NCBI GenBank assembly: GCA_022729705.1
Contig: DZAX01000002.1
Span: 53,277-117,276, forward strand
Source of the DNA: Helicobacter cetorum
GTDB taxonomy: Bacteria > Campylobacterota > Campylobacteria > Campylobacterales > UBA6016
Reading direction: 5' to 3'
Length of the DNA: 64,000 nt
Shown: positions 26,509 through 36,144 of the stretch, one piece after another
Layout of the letters: each line of letters starts with the position of its first letter
Numbering within the stretch: the first letter of the stretch is position 1
Translations under genes and position numbers: made by a program
Notes under the pieces: generated by a model
What the model saw: the letters and a program-made list of their open reading frames with translations, nothing else
Told to the model about the DNA's origin: nothing
Databases searched by the model: none

Positions 26509-27375
26509 ATGAAATTTACAGCCGTCTTTAACGAGCTAATGGAAATTAAAGAGTTTGAATACAGTCCTCATACTCTAGTCGATAAAAAAGCAAGATATGG
26601 TAAACATCTAAAACCTGTTATTGGAGATATTGAGATAGGTTCTCTTCGCTATCCAATGCTTCAATCTATCCTAAACACTATGCTTAAAAACGGTTCTGCT
26701 GTCAAAAGCGTCGCTCACGTCCGTGATATTATCCGTACTGTGTTCGCTCATTCTATGCGGTGCGAATATATAGAGAAAGACCCCTCTCTTTATTTGACGC
26801 TTAAAAAAATAGATAATCGCCGCTTCCTCCGTCTTAGCAAAGCTGAAATAGTGGCTTTTGTATCTGCTATAAAAAATGAACCTGATTTATATACTCGGTG
26901 CCTGTTTATGTTTTTGCTCCACGGTAGGCGCCTCAATGAGGCTCGCAAGCTTCGTTGGGATTGGATAGATTTCGATAGAAAGACTGTTTTAATCCCCGCT
27001 CTGCATTCAAAAGATAGTTTCTCCCATGTTTACGCTTTGACTGATGATTTTTTGGAAGCTCTGCGCTTTCTTCCTCGTCTTAGCGCTTTGGTTTTTCCAT
27101 CAAAAGTAACCGGAGTTGAGTTTGTTGATGTAAGAAAATCATTTTGGCGTATTCTTTCCCGTGCTGATATTGATAGAAAAGATATGCGTATCCATGATAT
27201 TCGTCATCTTGTCGGAACTACCGCTATTTTATCAGGTATGAGTCTTGAAGATGTGAAATACACTCTCGGCCACAACTCCATAAGCACAACTATGCGTTAT
27301 GTGAGTGCTGATTCTTCTCACTCTCGCCGCGTCTCTGCCCTTATACTGTCTGTGTCTGTCGGGGGTCTAAAATGA
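26509..27375 (+). CDS. tyrosine recombinase / phage integrase
   Basis: C-terminal catalytic signature HDIRHLVGT...LGHNSISTTMRYV and an upstream Arg (LHGRRLNEA). Confidence 0.9.
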   Translation: MKFTAVFNELMEIKEFEYSPHTLVDKKARYGKHLKPVIGDIEIGSLRYPMLQSILNTMLKNGSAVKSVAHVRDIIRTVFAHSMRCEYIEKDPSLYLTLKKIDNRRFLRLSKAEIVAFVSAIKNEPDLYTRCLFMFLLHGRRLNEARKLRWDWIDFDRKTVLIPALHSKDSFSHVYALTDDFLEALRFLPRLSALVFPSKVTGVEFVDVRKSFWRILSRADIDRKDMRIHDIRHLVGTTAILSGMSLEDVKYTLGHNSISTTMRYVSADSSHSRRVSALILSVSVGGLK

Positions 27376-27530
27376 CTATCGAAGAGAAAATATTTGACGC
27401 TGTTTTAATTTGCCTATCTCTAGGCGAAAACATCACACCTACACGTCTTGCAAAATATAGCGGTTTGAGCCGTAACGCTCTTGGTTACCATGTAAAAAAG
27501 AAAAAAAACAACTTAAATAAAAAAGGATAA
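27372..27530 (+). CDS. small HTH protein (excisionase-like position)
   Basis: 52 aa with an ATGA overlap onto the integrase stop; ITPTRLAKYSGLSRNALGYHVKKKK. Not in the ORF track (under 60 aa). Confidence 0.45.
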   Translation: MTIEEKIFDAVLICLSLGENITPTRLAKYSGLSRNALGYHVKKKKNNLNKKG

Positions 27531-27534
27531 AAGT

Positions 27535-27969
27535 ATGTCAAAAGAAAAAAATAACGGACTCTCTCCAAACGACGACGAGCCTGCTTCTGAAATCGGTGGT
27601 AAACAAGTTGTTACTCATGATGCATTTTTAGATTTACAAATAGATAAAGCCGTTGCCGCCAAGCTTCGCTCAATGACTCTAAACGAAGTAAATGTTGGTT
27701 GTTCAATCACCGATAAAAGAACTTCTTCGGGTAAGCCAAAAAAAGACTCGCAAGGTAATGAGACTGGCGAGTTTTGGGCGGATAGTTACACTGTTGAACT
27801 AAGCTTTGAGGGCGGCAGATTTACTACTCGCGTCGACGCTCCTACTTACGCTTCTTTAGAGATGGGCGGTGTTCGCTATACGGCTAAAGGCGCTTTAGAG
27901 TCCAAGGTAAACGAGTATGGTTTTTCTATTCCAAGCGTTAAAATTCTTAGCTTTGCTAGGCTGCTTTAG
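27535..27969 (+). CDS. hypothetical protein immediately upstream of the Rep gene
   Basis: 144-aa ORF. Its position resembles that of ssDNA-binding genes in RCR phages, but no motif was recognised. Confidence 0.5.
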   Translation: MSKEKNNGLSPNDDEPASEIGGKQVVTHDAFLDLQIDKAVAAKLRSMTLNEVNVGCSITDKRTSSGKPKKDSQGNETGEFWADSYTVELSFEGGRFTTRVDAPTYASLEMGGVRYTAKGALESKVNEYGFSIPSVKILSFARLL

Positions 27970-28165
27970 TGCTCCCTATGTCTTCTTCTTGTTTTTGCTC
28001 GGAGGCTTGCTTATTGCAGTCTCCAGCGTTGCTTAAGAGCCTATTATTAAGGACTTCGCAAGTTTTTAAAAGTGGTCTTTTTCTTTTCGCCCCATCCTGT
28101 TTAACAAGGGGTGTATCCGTGACGCTCCCCTATATCTCTATATCTTTGAAGTTGAGGTTATTTTT

Positions 28166-29560
28166 ATGAAAGTCTTTTTTGAACCTGTGATTTTGTCTCA
28201 GCATATAGATACTTTAAAAACTACGCATAAATCAGTAAGCGAGTCCGATTTTAATGGTAAGTTTCAAAATTTTTGTGATCTTCTTGATGTATTAAAAGAT
28301 GATGCTCAAAATGTAAAAGGTTTTGCAAATAATGAGCGTTTTGTTGTTTCTGAGCTTTTGGCTCTCGGTCGTTTTCGTATTCACGCACAAGGTAATCAAG
28401 CTTATAAATATATAGTCTCAAATGATGACCTTTATATCAAAATTGGAAACATAGCTTTTGGCTCTGATAGACCTCAAATTTTGATTGAATATCGTCAAAG
28501 CTTCCTTTTTACTGTTGGTTATAAAAGAGCTTACGAGATAGCGCAAAAATTTGTTGATAAGGCTTTGGGCTCTACTATTGATAATATTTCTGAAGTACAT
28601 TTAGCGTCTGATGTTTGGGGTGTTGCTTATGATTTTTTTGACACTTGCCGCTTTCAAACAAATTTTAAAAAAAATGAGATTGCTTCTGGTGATGTTGATA
28701 TGTTTCGTGCCTCTATGAAGCGAAATATTGAAACTATTTCTTTCGGTAAAAATGCTTTTATGTTTCGTATATATGACAAATTAAAACAACTTGTTCATTA
28801 TCCTGAAAAGAAGGCGCTTATCCTTTCCAAATGGATTATAAATGGCTATGATGAAGCTAGCAAGGTTCCTGTTTATCGCCATGAAATACAGTTAAGAGAC
28901 GACCATTTAAAAAAGCATATTCCTAGGGATGTTGATGATAAAGTGGCTTATATCTTCGCGAATCTGCAGGCTCTTTGGGCGTATGCATTGACAAAAGTTC
29001 AATATGTTGACCTTAATGAAAACGAGCTGTTCCGCTCTATGAAAAGCACAAATTCTGATACTGTGCGCCAAATTTTTTATCGTGCAAAAGAGGACGATAA
29101 ACGCTTTCATTTTTGGGATACTCTTCGGTATTGGGATAATGAAAAAGTTTCACAAACCCTCACTTATAGGGATTATAAAGACTCAAAGTTAAAGACTGCT
29201 CAAAAAGCCGCAAAAATGTTTGTTTCTACCGTTTATAAATGCTTAGGTGATGACCCGCAAAATATGGTTAAAGTTTTAGAATCTGTTAACTCGGATACTT
29301 TGAAATTTAAAGGTCTCACTCTGCATCAGTACGGACAGTTAAAAATTGTCGATTCTTTTGTACAAAATGAGCGTTTATTAGTCAATCATGGCGTTGTTGT
29401 TCCCTCTGTTCATGAGGTTAATTTTTATCTTGCGCATAAGGCCTATTTTGAGGTTATTTCTAGTATTCCTGATGAGATTATGAAGTCGGTAAATAATCGC
29501 ACTTTTGAACTGGCTGTGGAGCGTCGTAATAAAATCGAAGCTAAGGAGTTATTTGGGTGA
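28166..29560 (+). CDS. rolling-circle replication initiator, Rep_trans-like
   Basis: GKNAFMFRIYDK and VYRHEIQLRD resemble the R-x-Y-D-K and R-x-E-x-q-l-r blocks of the Rep_trans family (recalled from memory, not searched). Confidence 0.65.
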   Translation: MKVFFEPVILSQHIDTLKTTHKSVSESDFNGKFQNFCDLLDVLKDDAQNVKGFANNERFVVSELLALGRFRIHAQGNQAYKYIVSNDDLYIKIGNIAFGSDRPQILIEYRQSFLFTVGYKRAYEIAQKFVDKALGSTIDNISEVHLASDVWGVAYDFFDTCRFQTNFKKNEIASGDVDMFRASMKRNIETISFGKNAFMFRIYDKLKQLVHYPEKKALILSKWIINGYDEASKVPVYRHEIQLRDDHLKKHIPRDVDDKVAYIFANLQALWAYALTKVQYVDLNENELFRSMKSTNSDTVRQIFYRAKEDDKRFHFWDTLRYWDNEKVSQTLTYRDYKDSKLKTAQKAAKMFVSTVYKCLGDDPQNMVKVLESVNSDTLKFKGLTLHQYGQLKIVDSFVQNERLLVNHGVVVPSVHEVNFYLAHKAYFEVISSIPDEIMKSVNNRTFELAVERRNKIEAKELFG

Positions 29561-29931
29561 TGCATGATTGGTCTGAAATAAAATACTTTACAAAAAGTGA
29601 GTTTTCTTGTAAATGTGGTTGCGGTCAAAATAATATAGATTTTGAGTTTGTCCGCCGTCTCGACGTTGCCCGTAAAGTCGCAGGCGTTCCTTTTGTAATC
29701 GTTTCCGGTTATAGATGTCCTGAGCACAATAAAAAAGTTGGTGGCGTTGATAACAGTGCACACGTTCGTGGTTTTGCGGCTGATATAAAAACCGAAGATG
29801 CTGCTTTTCGTTTTGCTCTGCTGGTTGGCTTTATTCGGGCTGGTTTTGTTCGCATTGGTCTTTATTCATCGTTTATTCACGTTGACGTTGACCCTCTAAA
29901 GCCTCAAAACCTTGCCTGGTCTGATAAATAA
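29557..29931 (+). CDS. peptidase M15A-type (D-alanyl-D-alanine carboxypeptidase-like) cell-wall hydrolase
   Basis: SGYRCPEHNKKVGGVDNSAHVRGFAADI...FIHVDVD (H/D/H zinc ligands). Confidence 0.8.
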   Translation: MMHDWSEIKYFTKSEFSCKCGCGQNNIDFEFVRRLDVARKVAGVPFVIVSGYRCPEHNKKVGGVDNSAHVRGFAADIKTEDAAFRFALLVGFIRAGFVRIGLYSSFIHVDVDPLKPQNLAWSDK

Positions 29932-29947
29932 AAAAAAGGATTTTTTC

Positions 29948-30241
29948 ATGATGGATTTTAAAGAAATAGTGCATTTTTTAGGTGTTGCCGGTTCTGTCGC
30001 TTCTACTATAAACCCCGCTGTTGGTGGCGGTATGGTTCTCGCCTCTAAAGCTCTTGAAAAATTTACGGATATGCCTGACGAGACTTTAGCATTTAGCTTT
30101 GGCGGTCTCTCTTCTTTATCTAATGATATTAGAAAAATGGTTAACTCTGATAATTACGACAAAGATAAACTAATACAGATAGCCGATAGCTTAGAGGCTT
30201 CTTCAATTATCCTACAAAAAATCACTAAGATGGTAGGTTAA
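29948..30241 (+). CDS. hypothetical small protein with one hydrophobic segment
   Basis: AAGGA about 9 nt upstream of ATG 29948; LGVAGSVASTINPAVGGGMVLA. Confidence 0.5.
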   Translation: MMDFKEIVHFLGVAGSVASTINPAVGGGMVLASKALEKFTDMPDETLAFSFGGLSSLSNDIRKMVNSDNYDKDKLIQIADSLEASSIILQKITKMVG

Positions 30242-30245
30242 AAAA

Positions 30246-31127
30246 ATGCCAAAAACTTTAGAGTTAAAAATTTCTCGAGTAACAGACTTTAGCGCCCCTT
30301 TCGGGAACGGTGAAGCAGGTATGGGGGCAGGTTGTTCTTTCACCCTTTTGAATCCTGTTACTGAAGAGCAATGGGGTTATAAGTTTAATTTAACTTTTAC
30401 TTCTGGTTCTTATGTTTTATCTGATTGCATAAATCTTGGTACTGGTCAAACAGTCACTTTTCCCTATTCTTACACTGACGAGCCTCTTCATTCTATGACG
30501 CTTGAGACTTCTTCCACTTATTATACTGTCACTGTTGAATTTCCTGATTCGCTTTTTCTTTGTAATTGTATAGGGCTTGTTGCTTCGCTTCCGTCTGGTT
30601 GTCCTGTTTCGCAGGTAAATTTTGATTTTTCGCCTCTCTTAACATCTGTCGCGACTTCTGCAAATCAGAATTTTTTACGTCTTGCCGCTGGCACAAAAGA
30701 GAGTTTAGCCTCAACTCTTGCCGATTTAGACATAGCTCTTTCTGATGCAACTTCAAAAGAGACTGCTTCAACCCCTATTATTGTTTCTCACTTTTCATCT
30801 TTTTTAACTGGTCTTAAAACTCTTTTAACCTCTATTTCGTCTGCTTCGGCTTTTAGTACTGGTTCTGCATCTAATTCTGATATTGTTGACGCAAATAATT
30901 TGTCTGGTAGTTATTGTAAATATGTTAATGGTCAAGTGGTTTATTATGGTACTTATGGTTTGTGGGTTGTAACTCGTGCTTTCTTGGTTCTTACATCGGA
31001 TAATGCCCTTACTCCTTTCTATGATTTGAGGGCTGATGATGGTCTCGATTCTTCCGGTGACCCAAAATATCGTTATTGTACGGTTCCGCAAGATTATGTT
31101 TTTCCTTTTATCCCTGTTGAGGTGTAA
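30246..31127 (+). CDS. hypothetical beta-rich protein (structural candidate)
   Basis: 293-aa ORF, S/T/V/Y/F-rich, with no nucleotide-binding motif. Confidence 0.55.
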   Translation: MPKTLELKISRVTDFSAPFGNGEAGMGAGCSFTLLNPVTEEQWGYKFNLTFTSGSYVLSDCINLGTGQTVTFPYSYTDEPLHSMTLETSSTYYTVTVEFPDSLFLCNCIGLVASLPSGCPVSQVNFDFSPLLTSVATSANQNFLRLAAGTKESLASTLADLDIALSDATSKETASTPIIVSHFSSFLTGLKTLLTSISSASAFSTGSASNSDIVDANNLSGSYCKYVNGQVVYYGTYGLWVVTRAFLVLTSDNALTPFYDLRADDGLDSSGDPKYRYCTVPQDYVFPFIPVEV

Positions 31128-31133
31128 ATTATT

Positions 31134-32909
31134 ATGGCTGAATCTCCTTATTACGTTCCTGATGGTAAGGGCGGTTATGCACGAATAAGTGTAGCTTGGC
31201 GCCCTACAAATGGTTTAACTCCGGCTGAGTTTGCTAAACGCGTTGGTCTCTCCTCGGGGTTCGCCGAATATACTGCAATTCTTGATCAAACCGTTTCCAG
31301 GATAACTTCTTCTGGTCAAACTCTGGCACAGTATTTTAAAAGTAACCCAATTAAGGTAGATAGTGCTTCATCTTCATCATCTTCATCATCATCTTCTTCT
31401 TCTGTCTTAACTACTGGTTCTAGCTTTTTACAATCTTCTGCAAAGCTTGCTGTTGGCAGTGTCGCTACTCTTGGTATTGGTTATGTTGGTTCTAAGGTAG
31501 TTGATTATCTTGCAAATAAAGCCGCTGATGCCGTTATTTCTCTTATTGACGGCTCAAGTGGTGATAAGTCTGGCGGTTCAAAAGCTTCAAAACCTGTTGA
31601 TTTGGCGGCTACTATTCCGACTCAACCAAAACTAGTTATTCCACCTAGTTCACCTGTTCCCGTAGTTGATACGCCGCCAGTAGCTTCTATGCCCGGTCAA
31701 ACTCCCACCGTAGCTTCATCTATCCCGTCGGATAGTTCAGGCTCTACGGGCTCTACGGGGGCTACAGGTTCCACTAATGCTTCTTCTCTAAATATAGGCT
31801 CTACTTATTCTGAACGAACCCGAGATGATGGTTCCCATGCTTATTCTATAGAGCCGGAGCAAATGTTTAAAAGAAAACTTGATGAATTTACGTTGATTTC
31901 TGTTATAGCTGCTTCTAGTGACCGCCGTGATTCTCTTTTTTGTGATTATTTAAATCTTATTCAAGGGGTGCCTACGGAGCAAAAAGCTTATTCTGATATT
32001 ATTGCTAAAAAATTGGAAGAAAAAAGGATTGCAGAAGAAGCTGCTAAAAATAAAGATTCTTCTGAGCAGGACTATACTACTGATTGTTCTAGTCCCGATT
32101 ATTACAAAAACTCTAATTTAGCTTGTTATGGCACTTATCAGCCTTTTGTTGGTGGTTTTGATAATAGTTTGGGTAATTCGTTAAATCGTTCTGCCTCTAG
32201 CATTTCTGCATCTCTTGCTAATAATAAAGCTTTTAGTAATGCTCTCTCTAATGGTGTTCCTCATCAAGAAGCTAGTCAAGTATATCAGTCAGTTTCTTCA
32301 GCTATATCCAGTGCTGTTTCTAAGTCTCTTATTGCTAATGAGCCCATGGTTTCTTTTGGTGAAATTGTTGATTCTGTTCTTGGTGGTGCATCTAGTTATT
32401 ACACTGGGGCAGTTCCTTATCCTGTAGATGGCAAATCTCCTTTTTCTTCTTTTGGTCCAACTCCTGAACCGTCAACAGATACTGCGTCTGACCCAAATAG
32501 TCAATATTTTTCTGCTTCAAATATTACGCCTGATAGTTCTCCTGAGGATATACAAAAGATAGTTTCAGGTCTACAGGCTCGAAATCTTGAGCTTCAAAAT
32601 GAACTTCTTGAATATAAGAGAACCCCTATTGAAATGCCGCTAATAAATGGTGAGCCGCCTGTTTTAATGTCTCCTCGCGACGCTGAATTTATCGCAGACG
32701 CAAACAGCGGTTTAAAAGACTCTGAAATAAACAATGAAACTTTTGACGATGACGACTTTGATTTTGAGAATTTGCTGATGCCATTTCTCCCTTTTTCTGG
32801 CATATCCTCTGATATTGATTCTGTATCGGGTAAGTTTGGTTCTTTTGCTGATTATGGTTCTGTTACGCACAGCTACGGTTCTTTAGTCACTGATGATGCG
32901 GAGGTCTAA
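31134..32909 (+). CDS. Ser/Pro/Gly-rich modular protein (adsorption or spike candidate)
   Basis: 591 aa with poly-Ser (12 codons, 31368-31403), a P-rich linker, GSTGSTGATGST and an acidic C-terminus. Confidence 0.6.
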   Translation: MAESPYYVPDGKGGYARISVAWRPTNGLTPAEFAKRVGLSSGFAEYTAILDQTVSRITSSGQTLAQYFKSNPIKVDSASSSSSSSSSSSSVLTTGSSFLQSSAKLAVGSVATLGIGYVGSKVVDYLANKAADAVISLIDGSSGDKSGGSKASKPVDLAATIPTQPKLVIPPSSPVPVVDTPPVASMPGQTPTVASSIPSDSSGSTGSTGATGSTNASSLNIGSTYSERTRDDGSHAYSIEPEQMFKRKLDEFTLISVIAASSDRRDSLFCDYLNLIQGVPTEQKAYSDIIAKKLEEKRIAEEAAKNKDSSEQDYTTDCSSPDYYKNSNLACYGTYQPFVGGFDNSLGNSLNRSASSISASLANNKAFSNALSNGVPHQEASQVYQSVSSAISSAVSKSLIANEPMVSFGEIVDSVLGGASSYYTGAVPYPVDGKSPFSSFGPTPEPSTDTASDPNSQYFSASNITPDSSPEDIQKIVSGLQARNLELQNELLEYKRTPIEMPLINGEPPVLMSPRDAEFIADANSGLKDSEINNETFDDDDFDFENLLMPFLPFSGISSDIDSVSGKFGSFADYGSVTHSYGSLVTDDAEV

Positions 32910-32911
32910 TA

Positions 32912-33721
32912 ATGCCATTAATGAGAAATGCCACTGAAGAATTTGCAGAAGAGATTTTATATGGTTCTTATTATGCTTATATCATGCCTGAGGTTCGGGA
33001 TTGGGTTGAGTCACATTTTCCCGATACTGTTGTAAATGGTAAGACTCAGCCTAATATTTTAAAAGAAGCTGTTGAGAGTTCAATCAACGTTCTTTTGATG
33101 GGTGCTTTATTTATGTTGTTGCGCTATCAGGAAGCTTTTCTTGAGAAACTTTTTAGTCTTTCCCGTGCTGGCTCTCTTGCTGTTCTCACTGGTGGTAAAG
33201 TTAGTTATGATAGGCTTAAGAATAAAATTAAAGGTCTTCGTGGTGTTCGTGCTACGAATCGTTTTAAAAAAGTCGGTGATACTATGCAACCGCGCGTAAT
33301 GCTTGCACAGCATATTCAATCTCAAACAGACACTATTATTAATGCACGAAATAGTCAATATAACAGCTCTTCTGTTTATACTCCTGCCGCTTCTGTTCAT
33401 AGTAGCGGTGTCCATAAAGAGCGTCTTTATAGAGAGCTTGGCGATTCTAAAGTAAATGCAAAACTTCAACTTGCTATGTTCAAGCTTCAATCTGGCACCT
33501 TTAGTGAAGCTGATAAAGAAACTCTTAAAGTTATTTTTAAGTCTGCAAATCCGGGTGTTGCATATGACCCCTCGAAAATAGATATTGAACAACTTAATAA
33601 AATATCGCATTATATGTTTACGGTTGATAGTGATGGTAAACTAATCGGTTTGACTGAAGCTATCCTGCATCTTCTTAATGGTCTCGGTTATCTACATAAA
33701 TCAAATTCAGGAGCTAATTAA
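32912..33721 (+). CDS. hypothetical protein
   Basis: 269-aa ORF with one hydrophobic helix (INVLLMGALFMLL). Confidence 0.55.
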   Translation: MPLMRNATEEFAEEILYGSYYAYIMPEVRDWVESHFPDTVVNGKTQPNILKEAVESSINVLLMGALFMLLRYQEAFLEKLFSLSRAGSLAVLTGGKVSYDRLKNKIKGLRGVRATNRFKKVGDTMQPRVMLAQHIQSQTDTIINARNSQYNSSSVYTPAASVHSSGVHKERLYRELGDSKVNAKLQLAMFKLQSGTFSEADKETLKVIFKSANPGVAYDPSKIDIEQLNKISHYMFTVDSDGKLIGLTEAILHLLNGLGYLHKSNSGAN

Positions 33722-33722
33722 A

Positions 33723-33854
33723 ATGGCTGATACGCCTGCGCCGGTTCTTACCGATTGTGAAAAAAAACAACAAACAGTAATAAATCTTTTAGTTTTACTT
33801 TTAAAAGTTCTTGGTGTTTTGTCTTCTGACGTTGACAAAGCTATAGTTAAATGA
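33723..33854 (+). CDS. 43-aa hydrophobic peptide
   Basis: MADTPAPVLTDCEKKQQTVINLLVLLLKVLGVL.... It is tightly packed between neighbours (overlapping ATGA at 33851). Not in the ORF track. Confidence 0.35.
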   Translation: MADTPAPVLTDCEKKQQTVINLLVLLLKVLGVLSSDVDKAIVK

Positions 33855-34324
33855 CTTTTTGTTGTTGCCCTACCAATCTTTATCTCTTTGATTTTTCCAA
33901 TGTGGGTACTCTACATCTTTATAATGAGCTTATTCCCCTTTATTTTTGGAAACGTTCTCTGATATACTGCCCCGTTCCTCTTCCAGCTTCTCATTCACAG
34001 AACTCGCGACCCCCAACCATACAAGAGCTTGAGGGGTTAAATTATAGTTATCGTACTTTTACTTCTTCTTTTAAGCCTTTATATTTTGAATATACTTTGC
34101 CTATTTTTAGCGATTTTGAATTTATAGAATCTGTGGCAGGTGCGGTTTCTATCGCTGGTTTTGAGGAAGCTCGCGCTCTTTGTCAAGACTTCTGTAGTCA
34201 TCGTACTACTGGAGCTGCTTATGATTTTCGTCCATATACATTTGACACTGGTGTTACCGATAGTAAGATTGCTGATTTATTGCGCATAACAAGTAATGGT
34301 ATTACAGTTCAACAATACCTTTAA
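33851..34324 (+). CDS. hypothetical protein
   Basis: 157-aa ORF; start uncertain. Confidence 0.45.
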   Translation: MTFCCCPTNLYLFDFSNVGTLHLYNELIPLYFWKRSLIYCPVPLPASHSQNSRPPTIQELEGLNYSYRTFTSSFKPLYFEYTLPIFSDFEFIESVAGAVSIAGFEEARALCQDFCSHRTTGAAYDFRPYTFDTGVTDSKIADLLRITSNGITVQQYL

Positions 34325-34347
34325 ATAGATTGGAGAAAATATATAAA

Positions 34348-34710
34348 ATGCCAAAATACAGAGTCCAACTAAAACAAGGTTCCCGCACAATAACGGAGCA
34401 TATAGAAGCAAAAAACCTACAATCAGTTTTAGACTTTTTCAACCTTTTATCAACTGCCAAGGTCACAGAAATTCTAAAGATAGAATACGAAAACAACACA
34501 ACCCCGCCCATCGACGACATGACCTATTTTCCATTTGCTAAAGTTGTAATAGGCAACTTGTCTGCAAAAACCAGTAAACAGGTTATGTTCCACAATATCA
34601 AGCCCTCAAAGAATACAAACGATATTATTTTAGCCTGCAAAACCTATCTTGACATCAACGGGCACGCTGTTGATAACTGCTACACCGCCCTTATCAAAAC
34701 TTCTTCTTAG
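34348..34710 (+). CDS. hypothetical protein with atypical (A/C-rich) composition for this element
   Basis: The ORF is open from TTG 34330; the ATG at 34348 is preferred. Its composition differs from the T-rich neighbours. Confidence 0.45.
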   Translation: MPKYRVQLKQGSRTITEHIEAKNLQSVLDFFNLLSTAKVTEILKIEYENNTTPPIDDMTYFPFAKVVIGNLSAKTSKQVMFHNIKPSKNTNDIILACKTYLDINGHAVDNCYTALIKTSS

Positions 34711-35292
34711 ATTATATTTTTTATAATTTAAAATGTTACACGTGAAACAATTAAATCTTATACTATCATCTCGTCAAAACTACTTTCTTTTTCTCTCTCC
34801 AGAGGGGGCTTCTAGCCCCCTTTGTCTCCCCCGCCTCTTCTCAAACCCGCCAACTTTCCGCCCTCCCTTTTTTTAACTTTCGTCGTGTCCGATTGGGGGT
34901 ATCGGGGGTCACTCCCCGATATAGCAAAGCCGATTAGCTTTGCGTAGCAACGTCGCTTGCGACAACCTCGCACACTGTGCCCCGTGGCTGGGCGATACGT
35001 TAGCGGCAGAAAACCCTACTTGTACCATTCCGCCCTTTGGTCGTTTATGCCTAATTGCGGTCAAGTCCTCTCCCCCTATTTTCCATCTCGCCCAAAACGC
35101 CCCACTTTCACATCTTTATTTTCCGCCTCTCCTCCTCTCTTCATTTTTTACCTTGCCCCAAACCCAAAAAACTTATTAAAATTTGTCGTCTCTTTTACAG
35201 AGCGGGTTTTATCGGGGTTTATCGGACGCTTTACCGCGTCCTCTTAAGCTCCCTACGGAGCTTTAGAAAATTACTTTAAAAAAAGGATTACT
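34711..35292 (+). other. 580-bp non-coding, C-rich/G-poor region with at least 6 stem-loops (candidate origin, packaging signal or ncRNA)
   Basis: Hairpins at 34803-34821, 34901-34920, 34924-34943, 34952-34963, 35224-35241 and 35246-35263. Three overlapping stop-free frames here reflect composition, not coding. Confidence 0.6.
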
Positions 35293-35643
35293 ATGGCTGG
35301 CAAACTTCTTTTGCAAACTGTCGGTGGTAAAAGCGGCGGTCTTTTAACTGTTGACTCTTCTGCTGGTGACTTGGCGGCTCTAACGGGGCTCATGGAGGGT
35401 AAATATGAACAGTATGACCAAAAAGCTAGCGGCGGCACTGCTACGGCTATGCCTGCTACTCTAAACAGAAAAAAGTTTTCTTGTGGTAAAAAATCAGATA
35501 ATTATAGATGTAGCTTTATAATTCCACATCTAAAAACTACTCAAAATAGTAACGATGTCGTGGCGGCCGTAAAGGCTGGATTTGACGCAAATTTTGACGT
35601 AACGACAAAAGCAGATTACTGCAATGTCTTGCTAGCCAAATAA
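35293..35643 (+). CDS. small protein, paralogue pair member A (structural candidate)
   Basis: AAAGGA RBS; MAGKLLLQTVGGKSG.... It is similar in length and N-terminus to the next gene. Confidence 0.6.
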   Translation: MAGKLLLQTVGGKSGGLLTVDSSAGDLAALTGLMEGKYEQYDQKASGGTATAMPATLNRKKFSCGKKSDNYRCSFIIPHLKTTQNSNDVVAAVKAGFDANFDVTTKADYCNVLLAK

Positions 35644-35653
35644 GGGGTAAATA

Positions 35654-35998
35654 ATGGCAAAATCACTTGTAATTAATACTCTTGGTGGCAAAAGAAAATT
35701 TGTTTTTCTTCCTTGCAACGACACAACGGCGGCGGCTTTCGCTTCTTCTTTCCTTGACGGTGAACATGCTGTCTACGCTAAAGAGTCCGAATCTGGCACA
35801 GATACCGGCATTCTTTCAGCTACAAAAGTTTCTGTTTTTGGAAGAGACACGACAACATTTAAGTCAACGACTCTAAGCTTTACCGCTAAGTCATCAAAAT
35901 CTGATGAGGACATCATCACCGCCCTCACAGGTAAAACCTATAACGGCGTTAAGTTTGACACTGTAGCGGTTTCAATGTATCCGGTAAATTTCTCATAG
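35654..35998 (+). CDS. small protein, paralogue pair member B (structural candidate)
   Basis: MAKSLVINTLGGKRK...; 114 aa, in tandem with the 116-aa gene. Confidence 0.6.
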   Translation: MAKSLVINTLGGKRKFVFLPCNDTTAAAFASSFLDGEHAVYAKESESGTDTGILSATKVSVFGRDTTTFKSTTLSFTAKSSKSDEDIITALTGKTYNGVKFDTVAVSMYPVNFS

Positions 35999-36144
35999 CC
36001 ACTCCGCCTACGGGTGCGGGTGGTTCGCCTGCTGGCACAACAGGGGCGGGGCTTTAAACTCCTCGCTTCTTCGTTCTTTCTTTTAGCTTTTGTCTCTCTT
36101 TTTTGCTTCCTCTCAAAAAAAAAGCCAAAAATAGAGATAACATA

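Noticed and set aside
27969-28169. 66-aa Cys/Ser/Leu-rich ORF just upstream of the Rep gene
   Set aside because: It has no RBS, a GTG/TTG-type start and low-complexity sequence. More likely it is a non-coding leader or origin region of the Rep gene.
34940-35279. Three overlapping plus-strand ORFs (74-96 aa) in all three frames
   Set aside because: The simultaneous openness of all frames reflects the C/T-rich, stop-poor composition of this non-coding block. The translations are Pro/Ser/Leu-rich and lack RBSs.
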